Assembly (NCBI RefSeq): GCF_006345805.1
Contig: NC_042997.1
Span: forward strand, 137,764,001 to 137,828,000
Source of the DNA: Octopus sinensis
Taxonomy: Eukaryota
DNA length: 64,000 bases
Reading direction: 5' to 3'
Part shown: positions 44,886 to 64,000 of the stretch, piece by piece
Layout of the letters: each line of letters starts with the position of its first letter
Position numbering within the stretch: the first letter of the stretch is position 1
Program-made: the position numbers and the translations under genes
The notes under the pieces: generated by a model
The model's input: only the letters and a program-made list of their open reading frames with translations
What the model was told of the DNA's origin: nothing
The model's database searches: none

Positions 44886-46146
44886 TTGGATTGGCCAAAA
44901 TGTCCATTCAGTTCTTAAGCGAAAATAAGACACAAGTTTTAAACAAAAATCAATTTATTCAATTAATGATATAATTACTGCTTCATTCCAGTATCTTCTG
45001 CCATTTTGTGGGCAGATCCGTTATTTCCTGCTCAAAGGATTTTCTGTCTTTACTGGCATAAAACTCTTCCAGGCAAATTTTTACATCCTCTTCAGAATTG
45101 AAGGTCTGCCCATTCAATGAATTTTGAAGAGACCGAAAATTTGAAATCTGAAGGTGCAAGGTTGGGTGATTATGGAGGGTGCAGCAAAACTTCCCAGCTG
45201 AGCTCCAGTAACTTCTGCTGTGTCTGCAAAGAAGTGTGCAGTCTGGCATTGGCAAGATGAAAGACAATGCCCTTATGATTAGTAAGTGCTGGATGATTCT
45301 GGTGGATTGCTGTGTGTAATTTGATCAGTAGGTCACAATAAACATCAAAACTGATGTCCTGCCATTGAGAAGCTCGTAAAAGACAACACCCTTCCAATCC
45401 CACCAAATTGAAAGCATAACCTTCTTTGGGTGAAGTCCTACTATGGAGGTTGGTTATGGTAGTTCGCTGTGCTTTCCCTGATTGTTGCACTTCACCTGAT
45501 TGTTTGCACTAGTTGTAGGTAAACCATTTTTCATCCCCTGTCACCTTTCTCTTCAAAAAAGGATCATTTACTTCACGTTTCTGCAACAAATCACAGTTGA
45601 AATTTGTTGGATAAGGCTAGCTTCATTCAATTGCTGTAGGACTCAAACATCGAGCCTGATGAGCCAACTTGATGCAGATGGTTTTCAATACTCAGTTTGG
45701 TTATATGGAGAATATTTGTGATCACCCTGGTCATATAAGAGTGGATGGTGTCAGCTAACGCCTTCATTTTGATGCTGTTAATGTCAGTTGGCCAGCCAGA
45801 CTGAGATGCATCTTGAACTGAAAAATTTCCTAATCGAAATCTCAAAAATCACTTCTAGTACACATGCTCTGCAACATCCTCTCTGTACACAGCACATATC
45901 TTCCTGTTGATTTCTGGCACTTTGTCTTTTTTTAAAAATAAAAATAGCCTGAAGTGTTGATAATGTTTGTTTTGCATCTGCATTTTCAGAATGATTCCAA
46001 GTACACAAAATACAACCTGTTTCGCTGCAAGTTTGCATCGAACTATATTGAAGAGTCAAGTATCTAATGAGTGCATATGTGCAAAGAACAGACTGAAGTT
46101 AGCTACTTAGTGTTTGAAAACCAAATGGACTTGTTGGCCAATCCAG
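44886..46146 (-). mobile_element. Near full-length decayed mariner (Tc1/mariner) transposon
   Basis: TIRs ttggattggccaaaatgtccatt and aatggacttgttggccaatcca, TA at 44884-44885; length about 1.26 kb; transposase motifs DEKWF, GLHPKKVML, HTSLQTQQKLLELSWEVLLHPP and LNGQTFNSEEDVK split by frameshifts and stops. Confidence 0.9.
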
Positions 46147-48013
46147 GAAAATGCATGAATCATCATTGCAACTAGGTTTCCATTTAAAAATTTTTATTTT
46201 ATAATCCACTTTTGTGAACAACAGAACAATAGTATTGATGATTACAGGTTTCAAATGGTTCAGTGTATTTATGATGATAAAATTGATAAGGAGTATCTTG
46301 TAAATTGAGCAAATAAATAGGACATATTTCTGTTTATAATTACTAGTTACTCATTGATGCTTATGATGGTTTCCATTTACCAAATTCCTCACTGAAATCC
46401 CAAGACTATTATGAAAAAAACTTACCTACGAATCCATGCAGTCAGATCAAACATGAAACCATGTGGTTATAAAAGTCAACTTCTAAATTACACCAGTCTC
46501 AAAAGAGATTTTTGCTTTTTTTAAAAATAAATACAATAACATTTCATAGAATCAAAATGAATTGAGCTCAATTCAGAAATATAGGTTCCTAGAATAAGCT
46601 TTGCCACTAACTTTTCAGAATCCATGTTCTAGATGACTTGTAACTGTAAATACCTACAGAATTTTTCTCTCTAGAACACGGGGCAAATACAACTTTTCAG
46701 TGAGAATCTTTGCAGATAAAAGGTTCACAGAAAAATATGGTATGAACAGAATTCTAGGAAGATGTAATTTTATAAAGGAGAGGTTAAATAAATGCTTACT
46801 ATGGAATCAGAGTGTGAATTAGATGAGCAATAGGTGCCTCAGTGTGTTTAGTTTAAAAAGGTATGCAGTCAGAAATATCGGAGAAGCAGAGTTTGTAGCG
46901 AAAAGGGCAGTTTTGAAAAGTAATTGGAGAGTGAAGGCAGGTGAAAGCTTACTGACTGAACACACTTTAGGTTTGTGCTTTAATGTAATGCAAAAATGCC
47001 CATCTTGTGTGGTATGCATGGTTTCAGATATCTGAGCAGTGCTGTAGCATAAATCATATATGTCTTATGTTTTAAAAGGTGATAGTGATGAAAACCATAG
47101 AAGAAATCACTGAGAGCCCTCAAAACAACAAATATATAATGTAGGGGTCTTAGAAAGCTTAACATATGCTGTGTTGGAATTACCTGTAAAGACTGATTTG
47201 ACTGTTTTATCATTATAAATATATCTTAGAAAACTTCATAGATCGTTATGAGATGTTTACAGTCCTGACTCATATTTAAGTTGTTATTCATGAAGTATAC
47301 AATTTCAATCCTGATCTTTTTTGGAACTGGAGTGAAGGTACCTAGACTGTAATAACTGAATGAAAACTGTAACTTGACCAATGTTTTCATCAAATTAAAA
47401 CTTAAAATGTCAACTGAAACATGAACATCTTATAACATTTTCTTGTGAATATGTTTCTTTTAGAGACACAAGTAAAACTCTGCAGTTTATATTTGCCAAA
47501 TGTTAAGTCAATAAAGGTGTAAAATTCAAGAATATTGACTTTCCACACTGGCACTATACTACAAATATGTAACTCATTACATGACTAGTACCTATTCAAC
47601 TAAGCCCACAAAGATGCAAGACAAAGTAGTAAGATGTCATTAAAACTGGAGAATGAGAGAATTAAATACTTTAAGTGTTCAGTCTAACATTTTTCATAAG
47701 ACTTCATCCAACCTTAAATTCAATGAGATTGAAAAACAAAACAAAGTTTCTGAGTTTACTATTTTTTTCTCAATTTTTAATTTTTGGTTTTTTTTTTTTG
47801 GCTTTTATATAGTAAGAAAAAAGTTATGTTGTTCATGGGGCTTCTTACTATGGTTGTAATTGTTTGTTTTGCTAGCTACCAACTTCTCACAAGAAGAGTG
47901 CTACAGTTTGAAACTGGCTGTCCATCTACACTGTGTAAACAAACAGGGTACAGTATCTTCTAAAAGGAGGTAGGCAGGCAGGCATTGATATAATAACCTA
48001 AGTTTAGTCTTCG

Positions 48014-55602
<7,589 letters not shown>

Positions 55603-55848
55603 CTAGAAAATAAATACTAAAAATAATTACAATCACACTCGAAATGAAACAAAAAAGAAAAAAATCATCATCATCATCCTTTAAAATCCATTTTCCATGC
55701 TGGTATGGGTTGGACATGTAGAGAGTAAAACTGATAATACATAAGAGTAAAAGATGATTCCATAGATTTTGCCACTAAAAAGCAGAACAACATACTGCTT
55801 CTAATTTAAAATCCCCGGACAGTTAACCCAATGTTTCATACACTACAA

Positions 55849-56054
55849 CAGTAGTTCTCAACCATTCCTTACATATGGACCCCTTCGATTCCCATTTTAT
55901 TCAGATGGACCCTGATAGCCATTCAATGTTTAAAGTATCCTATTATATTTGTTTTGTGTACTGTAGAAGTATAATCAATTTACTGCACATATTTTAACAA
56001 CAAAATTTCATATGGACCCCCAAGGGTCATTTGGAACTCCGTTGAGAAATACTG
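55849..56054. mobile_element. hAT MITE of the same family as 24244-24551
   Basis: Termini cagtagttctcaacc and gttgagaaatactg; shared internal atggaccc motifs. Confidence 0.7.
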
Positions 56055-56440
56055 CTCTTCAATATCTTCATTCTCAGAACACATTCAAATGCCATAACCT
56101 TTTGTTCATAGACCCTTCTCAAGCAGAGTATTTGAATTCATAATATTTCTAATGCAAGATTTAACTACCTTAATCCCAAAACAATTGTCAGTAAAATGTT
56201 AACACATTTGAATAACAAATGAAAGCCAACCCATATATGGATGTGTATACACATATATATGTAAGTATGTACATGTATGTATATATGCATATATATATAT
56301 ATTATTTATATTATTATATGATCGAACGCCATGCATCCACTTCCAAGTAAGTTTTATCTTAATAATACTGATGCGACACAATCACTATCTCTATTTAGCT
56401 CTCTCTTCATCCTTCTTTTTTCCTCTCCAATCCTTTCTAT

Positions 56441-57650
56441 AATAATAATAATAATAATAATTGTGTACAGTGCTCAGGTGCACTACAACTCATCTAAAGT
56501 GTATATATAATCAGGTGAAGTTTCGGCGGATTTCGGAAAGCATGAGGGCCTTAAAAGATGCAGTGTCATGGCAGTCAACAACTGACGCAGGCAGTTTATT
56601 CCATGCTTCAGCAACTCTGAGCGTGAAAAAATGTTTCCGAAAGTCATGGGAGCTGTATTGTTTTCTGACTTTGTAGGCATGTCCACATGTGTTAGACACA
56701 TGGAGATCAAAAAGGTGTTCAGTGTTGTTGTTGGTGAGGTGGTTGATAACTTTGTGGGTGTTTACCAAGTCTGTCGCCAAACGCCGGAGCTTCAGTGAAT
56801 CCATGCCCAGGGAAACAAGGCGCTCAGAATATGGTAGGTGTCTGATGGAGGGTATGCGTTTGGTTGCACGTCTCTGGACAGATTCCAGGAGGTCAATGTT
56901 CTGTGCAAGATAGGGGTTCCAAACTGATGATGCGAATTCCAAGTGTGGTCGTACCATAGTTGTATACAGTTTTAAATAGATGGCTGGAGAGCGGCTAACA
57001 AAAGACCTGCTGAGTGATGCCAAGACACCCTCGGCCTTCCTGACAATCTTAGAGATATGCTTTGACCAACGCAGATCACTGCTGACAGTGATGCCTAGGT
57101 CACGCTCGCAAGAGGATTTCTTGATATCAGTGTTGTGGAGGGAGTATGTGAACGCAGGGTTTTTTCTCCCAAAATGCATGGTGGTACACTTGTCCACAGC
57201 CAGTTTCAGTTGCCAGTCTGTGATCCATTGCTGCATTGTGTCTAGGTCTGATTGCAGGAAAGAGTTGTAGACATCAGGATCTGTCCTCTTGATTTCAAGG
57301 TACAGCTTGATGTCGTCTGCATATTTCAATACTGTGGCATTCTTTAAATTGGCATCTATGTCGTTAATGTATGCCACAAACAAGAGGGGGCCAAGGACAG
57401 ATCCCTGTGGTACACCCGATGACATCTCATATGGTGTAGAGTGCTGTCCTAGAACTGTGACTACCTCCTTTCGGCTGAGGATGAAGGATTTCAACCAGTT
57501 AAAAAGGTCATCCCCCACACCCATTGCAGAGAGTTTCACCATAAGCCTTTTGTGTGGCACAGAGTTGAAAGCCTTAGCAAAGTCAAGGTAGACAACATCC
57601 ACCCATGAGCCACTGTCAGTAATCTGAGTAATGTCCTCAAGGAACTCTAA
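56441..57650 (-). mobile_element. 5'-truncated CR1/L2-type LINE with an uninterrupted RT C-terminal ORF, in a PRELID3B intron
   Basis: ORF 56511..57668: VDVVYLDFAKAF, SGVPQGSVLGPLLF, YADD, RPHLEFASSVWNPY, LERVQ-like LESVQRRATK, FFTLRVAEAWNKLP; short 3' UTR and (ATT)n tail at 56441-56460. Confidence 0.93.
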
Positions 57651-57746
57651 TTCTTCTCCCCCTTTCACTGTTCTCTATCTGTCCCTCTCTCTACAAGGGA
57701 AAGTATGCATTTTTGTGTCTCCTGTCAAAGCTTGTTTCTCCAGCAT

Positions 57747-57761
57747 ATATATGTATATATG

Positions 57762-57823
<62 letters not shown>

Positions 57824-57842
57824 TACATACAGACACACACTA
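57747..57842. repeat. Compound (TA)n/(CA)n microsatellite
   Basis: Visible directly in the sequence. Confidence 0.9.
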
Positions 57843-60800
57843 TAACTTATAATTTATTTATTAATTGTAATAGTCAACCAGCTGGTAATATACACTAAAA
57901 GAGATGAGTTTTCCAGAGAAACTGAATGAGTATTCTACTTTCAATCTCTTGTTGAAACCATTCCTTTACTCGTGTTATCAAGGCAAGTTGGGATCAAGAG
58001 AGCTAATCCCTTTTGATATCAACTCACCTGTAATTGCCCTTGGTTCTATGACACAAATTACCAGTTTTAAAGTAGCCTAAATTAAAATCTTCGATTGAAA
58101 TTTGTCTTAATTTGGTCCAAACACAAGCTTGATACTAATAAAGTTATTTTACTAGATTCATCATTATTTTAAAAATTGTCTGAAACAAAACCAGTGTCTT
58201 TCAAAGGAATGTGCGTGAGAATGATCTAGCTGTCGTATTTGCACAATTTCTATTTTTCTCTTCTGTTGCCTTGACTTATGTAACTGATCAAGAAATTAAT
58301 CAGTTACAAAACAATTACTAACTAGACTCAAAAGAATGTAAAACTTTCTAGTAGGAAAATCAAACATATATTATAAGAAAAAAAAATTATTCACATAGTT
58401 TTAAAGTTTTATTAATAACAAATGAAATTTCAAAACAAAAATCAACATAGGGGTGTGTCCAATCTTAATATTAGATCTTTTATTTTAACAGCACATTTTA
58501 AAGAATTTTTATAAGATATTCAAGAGAGGAAGTGCCTTATGATGTTTCCAGGCTCTTCCAGACTAATGCAGCTGATGTCCAGCCTAAACATCTGTAGGTA
58601 AAATACAACAGAGTGAATTGTTGCTAAAGCTCGCCCAGGGACCAAATGATATTGATCTGGGCAACATGTTTGGCCTCTAATCCTAAAAGTCCTTATCACA
58701 ATAAGCTAAGCTTAATGAACAGGCTATGTAGAGATCAAGGTGATGCAATAATTAGTCATTTGATACAAATCTTAAATTTCTGAGAATAATTTCATCATCT
58801 CCTGCAAATTAAAAAAGTTGCAGGATTATTAAAGTATTGAACTGCCAGCTTAAGGCTCCTGAGTTCAGATTTGTTTTAATCTCTGCACAATTCACTTACT
58901 GTATTTACTTATGTGTATGTAAGTCACACTATTTTATACTCAATTTTAACTGAAAAAACTAAGGTGTGACTTATACAAGGGGCAATGCTAAAACTATGAA
59001 GAGAAAAAGTTTTCTTCCATGATTTAACACTATATTAAGGGTGCGATTTATACACAATTAAAGATGGTGATTCTACTTATCTCAGTTTCCCTAGCTACAA
59101 GGTAGATATAGACTTTCTAGAAAAGATTATTTGTAATAAGTTAGAACTGTATCCTGAAAGAAATTTATATTATCCTTTAAATTCTAAGAAATTGAAATGA
59201 ATCACTGTGAATTGTGAGTTTATTCTTTTTGGCATCCATCAGACCTGTCTATAATAATCCTTTCTACTACAGGCGCAAGGCCTGGAATTTTGGTGGGAGG
59301 GGATTAGTAGATTATATTGACCCCAGTACTCAACTAGAGTTTATTTTATCAACCTCAAAAGGATGAAAGGCAAAATTGACTTTGGTGGTGTTTGAACATA
59401 AAGCATAAAAAAACTGGAAGAAATGCTGCTAACCATTTGGTCCAGCACAGTGATAATTCTGCCAGCTTGCTGCCTTCAGTCCATAATAATATCAAGATCA
59501 ATAGATAATTGCAACTGAAATGATATATCTAGATTGTAGTCACCATGTCTAAAGAGAAATAAATATGAAATAAGATTTAGCAAGAAAACAAACATGACTA
59601 AAAAGTTGTAAAATCAAAATAGGAAGGTCTTGAAGAAAAGATGTGTTTGTTGCTCAGTGGTAAACAAATTTAAAATAGTTATCCATATTACTTTTGTTTC
59701 TAAGGTGGTAGAACAGGCAGAATTGCTACTGCACAGGAAAAAAATGCTTCGCAGCATTTCTTCTGACTTACAAATACTGCTGGGGTCAACTTTGCCTTTC
59801 ATCCTTTCAAAGTCAATAAAATACCAGCTGAACAGCAGGGATGGTGTAATCAACTTACTTCATCTCCCAAAAATTGCTGGCCCTGCACCAAAATTTGAAA
59901 CCAATATTACTTTTGTTTCCAATTTTCTAGTTCAGAACCATAGGAGCTATGAAAAAAATGACATCACCCCTTCCTTCCTTATTCATCTATTACCCCTTCC
60001 TTTCCCATTCATAAACACAAGAGTATTATTATAGTAGATTATCTTGGTAACCATGGAAGCTATGAAAACAATAAAAAAGCCCAGCATAACCACCAAATCA
60101 TTCTACACATCTGTGTAATTTTTCACACAATTCCACCCAGCTATTTGACCATGAATCCCAAGACAAGAAAGAATCGTCCATGTCAAATTTATATGTATGG
60201 CAGAATTAAAAGAATTTGAACATTTTTTCATAAGATACAAAGTCATAAAAAATTTTTTAAATAATAAAACAAATGTGAGTTGGCATTAATTAATGGAGGG
60301 GTGGGGGTGAATGAAGATAAAACAAGAACGCAATACTCAGAATATAACTATACCATAGACAAGCAGGAATTAGTGGTTTGTAATTAAAGTACAAGGTGGA
60401 GTTACTTATCAACAAATGACTAATGACAATTTGAAGAGAGCTGTGGAAGCTGCACTGTTCAACTTATGCCAGCATGGAATGAGAGAAATGTAATAAAAGT
60501 TTCAATGTAAGAGGAATAAAAAAACAGCAAAGTTATAAACTATACAACATTGTATTTTTTTTATATTTCATTGAGACTTACTGTCTAACAAATAAGCATG
60601 AACAGATTAACACTTAGAAATAAATACTATAAACAAACCCTGATAAGAGAAAAAATAAGTCAAGGATGAGTGACAATAAATAAGGTTATTAACTTAGATA
60701 AGGTTATTAACTATTAACAATGAAGGGGACATTTCACAAGGAATATAACAATAATTATATTGAAGCTTATTGTTGTTGCTAGACTACGCTTACGTCTTTG

Positions 60801-61819
60801 TCTATTATTATTGTTGCTAGACTACACTTACATCATTTACAAGGGAATTTGTGGTTCAAATAATACAGGAAAAAGGCTTTAAGACGGAACTATTACAACA
60901 TTTATCAATATAACTAAAATTAACATAGCTTTATTTTCTTCTTAACCTTATAATTTCCAGGGCAGGAGGTTTTCTTTAGCAAACCAGAGGAATAAACATA
61001 CTGAACATAAACATAGAGAACAAGAAGTTGTAATATATAATAATTTATATAAGTTTAAGTTTTGAAATACAACCCAGTTAAAGAAACTACATATGATACT
61101 AAATCACTACAACATTCTTTCACAAAAGGTTTTTATTTTAAAACATTATGACATTAGATATTAATAAGTATGCTTTATAATGCAATATTTTTATTAGGCA
61201 GCAAACTAGGAAAAATTCATTAGATTGTTGGATAAACAGTCTTGTGGGTTTTGTTCTAACTTTCTGTGTTCTGAGTTCAAATTTCACCACCATCAACTTT
61301 GCCTTCCACCCTTTCAGGGTGAAGATGGAGGACTGGCAGAACTGTTAGAGGGTCAAATGAAACACCATGTAGTGTCTGCTTTGAATCTTTGTCTTCTGAC
61401 AGACATATCTACTATGATACTGGTGCCAAGCTCTATCAGACCAAGCTGGTTGGTATTTTTTTTCTTTTTACTTTGGGATAAACATTGATAGTATGGAGAG
61501 AGGAGACTTTCATGCAAAGGCAACTCTACTGGCCTTCCTCAAAAACAAATCTTGCCCAGGCTTATGCAGATATATGATCAACCTTCACCATGGCCCTATA
61601 TAATATCTTTATTTCTCAACATGTTACATAACACTATGTAAGGTTCTACACATGCTTTACACATGTTATAAAAATGTTCTCTTAAGCTATTTTGATTTAC
61701 TTTTGCTTCTGTAATGAACATATCAAATATACTAAAGGTATCATTACTTCAGTAATATACTCCAGCAAGTCTGAAAATATTTTCTAAGTGTTTAAATCAG
61801 TTACAACCTTTTTATCATC

Positions 61820-62210
61820 TATTTATTACTTGTTTCAGTCTTTAGACTGTGGTCATGCTAGAGCAACACATTGAAGAATTTTAGCTGAACTTATTGACCT
61901 CAGTACTTATTTTCTGTAAAGCCTGGTACTTATTCTATTGGTCTCTTTTGCTGACCTGCTAAGTTACAGGGATGTAAACACACTCAAACCAGTTGTCAAG
62001 CGGTGGTGGTGGACGAACAGACACAAAGACACACACACACACACACACACACAAACAGGCTTCTTTCAGTTTCCGTCTGCCAAAACCTCTCAAAAGGGAT
62101 TAGTCAGCCTAAGGCTGTTGTATAAGACACTTTCTCAAGGTGCCATGCAGTGGAACTGGATCTGGAACCATGTGGTTGAGAAGCAAAATTCTTACCATGC
62201 ACCGACATCT
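61820..62210 (-). mobile_element. SINE of the same family as 39760-40150
   Basis: Colinear similarity with 39760-40150. Confidence 0.72.
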
Positions 62211-62554
62211 GTACCTAAGTCTTAATATATTTTGCTAAGTGTTTAAACCAATTATCACCCTTAATTAACCTCCTTCTCATTTAATTTTCACTTGAGCTGA
62301 ACTTTTTGACAATTATGATGATTCAGTCATATGGAATTCAACAGATGCCATATATTAGCAAGAAAAACCAAGAAATACTGTATGATTTTAAAATGTACAC
62401 AGATATTATTTCCGTATAATTTTGTATCTATATCAGAGCCTCTTGATGGCTTCTTGAACTGAAAGAAATAGCAGCTACATCTCCATCATTTTAACACTTT
62501 AACATTTTCAGAAAGAAAAGAGGATCAGAATTGAAATCAATCAATGGAAATTGC

Positions 62555-62942
62555 AGATGTGTTACCAGTGCCGGTGGCATGTAAGAGAACCTTCCGTTTC
62601 GCGACTGTTGCCAGCGCCGCCCCGACTGGCCTCGTGCCGGTGGCACGTAAAAAGCACTATCCGTTTGTGTCCGTTGCCAGCCTCGCCTGGCCCTCGTGCC
62701 GGTGGCACATAAAAAGCACCATCCGTTCGTGGCCGTTTGCCAGCTCTGTCTGGCACCTGTGCGGGTGGCACATAAAAAGCACCCACTACACTCACGGAGT
62801 GGTTGGCGTTAGGAAGGGCATCCAGCCGTAGAAACACTGCCAGATTTGACTGGGCCTGATGAAGCCATCTGGCTTCACAGACCCCAGTAGAACCGTCCAA
62901 CCCATGCTAGCATGGAAAACGGACGCTAAACGATGATGATGA
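62555..62942 (+). mobile_element. Young SINE-like element with internal tandem gtgccggtggcac/taaaaagcac repeats and a ccgtccaacccatgctagcatgg...(GAT)n tail
   Basis: CpG-rich; the same 3' end occurs at 18125-18240, 22450-22700 and 43490-43710, and in reverse at about 22740, 23340 and 25370. Confidence 0.78.
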
Positions 62943-63763
62943 AAAGACACATTTACCCAGTGTTTTTGTAGATATGCGAAAAACAGGAATACCACAGCTA
63001 GAAAGCCAGTGGATGATTAATAACATAAGAAGAATTACAGAAACAATATGTTGACAGATACTTATATACGGTGATTAACTATTGAAATGAAAGGAAAATA
63101 ACAAAAGGTATTTGAAGTTTAGTACTATTACCAAACAATACTTAGATTAACAAAAGAAGCCATGACTCATGTAGTATTGTAGAGGCTTTATTACATCATT
63201 TATCAATATAGCCTAAATCAATGTAGCTTTTTTGTTATTGAACATAAGCAAAGAAAATATAGATTTCAACTGAATGATAACTTCCAGGACAGGGTTTTTT
63301 CTCTTTGTTTCTTTGCAAACTGAATGAATAAACATATAAAATGAGAATACTGTAAAGTCATTTTGTCAAAATAGGAATGCCACTCAGTCAGAGTTACCTT
63401 GAGATTAAACAACTACTAATTTTTTTAGCAAACCTATAAAATATCTTTGAATTTAAACTAATGTATAAAAATCCTCATAATTTTCTTTTTTTTTTTTTTC
63501 TTCTTCCAAATTAGTCAAAACTGAAGATTGAGAGACATGGGTTCAATTCTAATTCTGCAGCACATATTTCCTTTTTCAATGGTGATGTTAATAAAGTATA
63601 GGAGGTGGACTTTTTACCACACAGCTATGGCTGTATGGTAAGAAGTTTGCTTCCCAGCCACATAGTCCTGGGTTCAGTCCCACTGCATGGCACTTTGGGC
63701 AAGTGGCTTCTACTATAGCCTTGTGAGTGTTTCTGGTAGACACAGAAAACGAAAGAAGCCTAT

Positions 63764-63815
<52 letters not shown>

Positions 63816-64000
63816 CCGGTGGCACGTAAAATACACCAATCTGACCGTACAACAGGCACCCATGCCAACCCCCTTGCTTGCGAAGACATGTTGGGGCAAG
63901 CGAAATCGAAATCGAATTGAACCAGCCAGGATCCCTGGTCTGGTGGTACGTAAAAAGCACCATCCGACTCGTGGCCGATGCCAGCACTGCCTCATCTGGC

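Noticed and set aside
58537-58592. Possible PRELID3B first coding exon (MFRLDISCISLEEPGNII, phase 2) on the - strand
   Set aside because: It needs a weak non-consensus GC donor and does not resemble the conserved MKIWTSEH-type N-terminus; the true first exon probably lies beyond 64000.
59630-60034. 134-aa ORF
   Set aside because: It is mostly a SINE body read through by chance; no protein motifs.

Overview
AT-rich eukaryotic genomic DNA whose repeat families resemble those of octopus or other cephalopods (inferred from repeat content, not verified). Two spliced genes converge. (1) The 3' part of a rabphilin-3A/Doc2-type tandem-C2 gene on the + strand: nine coding exons from 234 to the stop at 18553, with complete C2A and C2B domains and consistent splice phases. 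(2) A PRELID3B/slowmo-type lipid-transfer gene on the - strand: five coding exons from 55567 to the stop at 48014; its first exon was not found. The rest is a dense mix of mobile elements: Penelope-like (GIY-YIG) remnants, mariner copies, a young non-autonomous Helitron, a young 5'-truncated CR1/L2 LINE, a decayed R4/Dong LINE between (ATT)n tracts, hAT- and piggyBac-type MITEs, many SINEs and microsatellites. The most striking feature is a 2.3-kb array of about 490-bp units at 2635-4924, inside a rabphilin intron and between (TA)n tracts. It flips orientation in the middle. Each full unit carries a type I hammerhead ribozyme fold (four complete copies, two per strand) within a highly base-paired monomer, which suggests a retrozyme-like or Penelope-pLTR-like self-cleaving, possibly circular, RNA element. 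Five further minimal or degenerate hammerhead motifs sit next to Penelope fragments elsewhere. All alignments and folds were made by eye and are untested.
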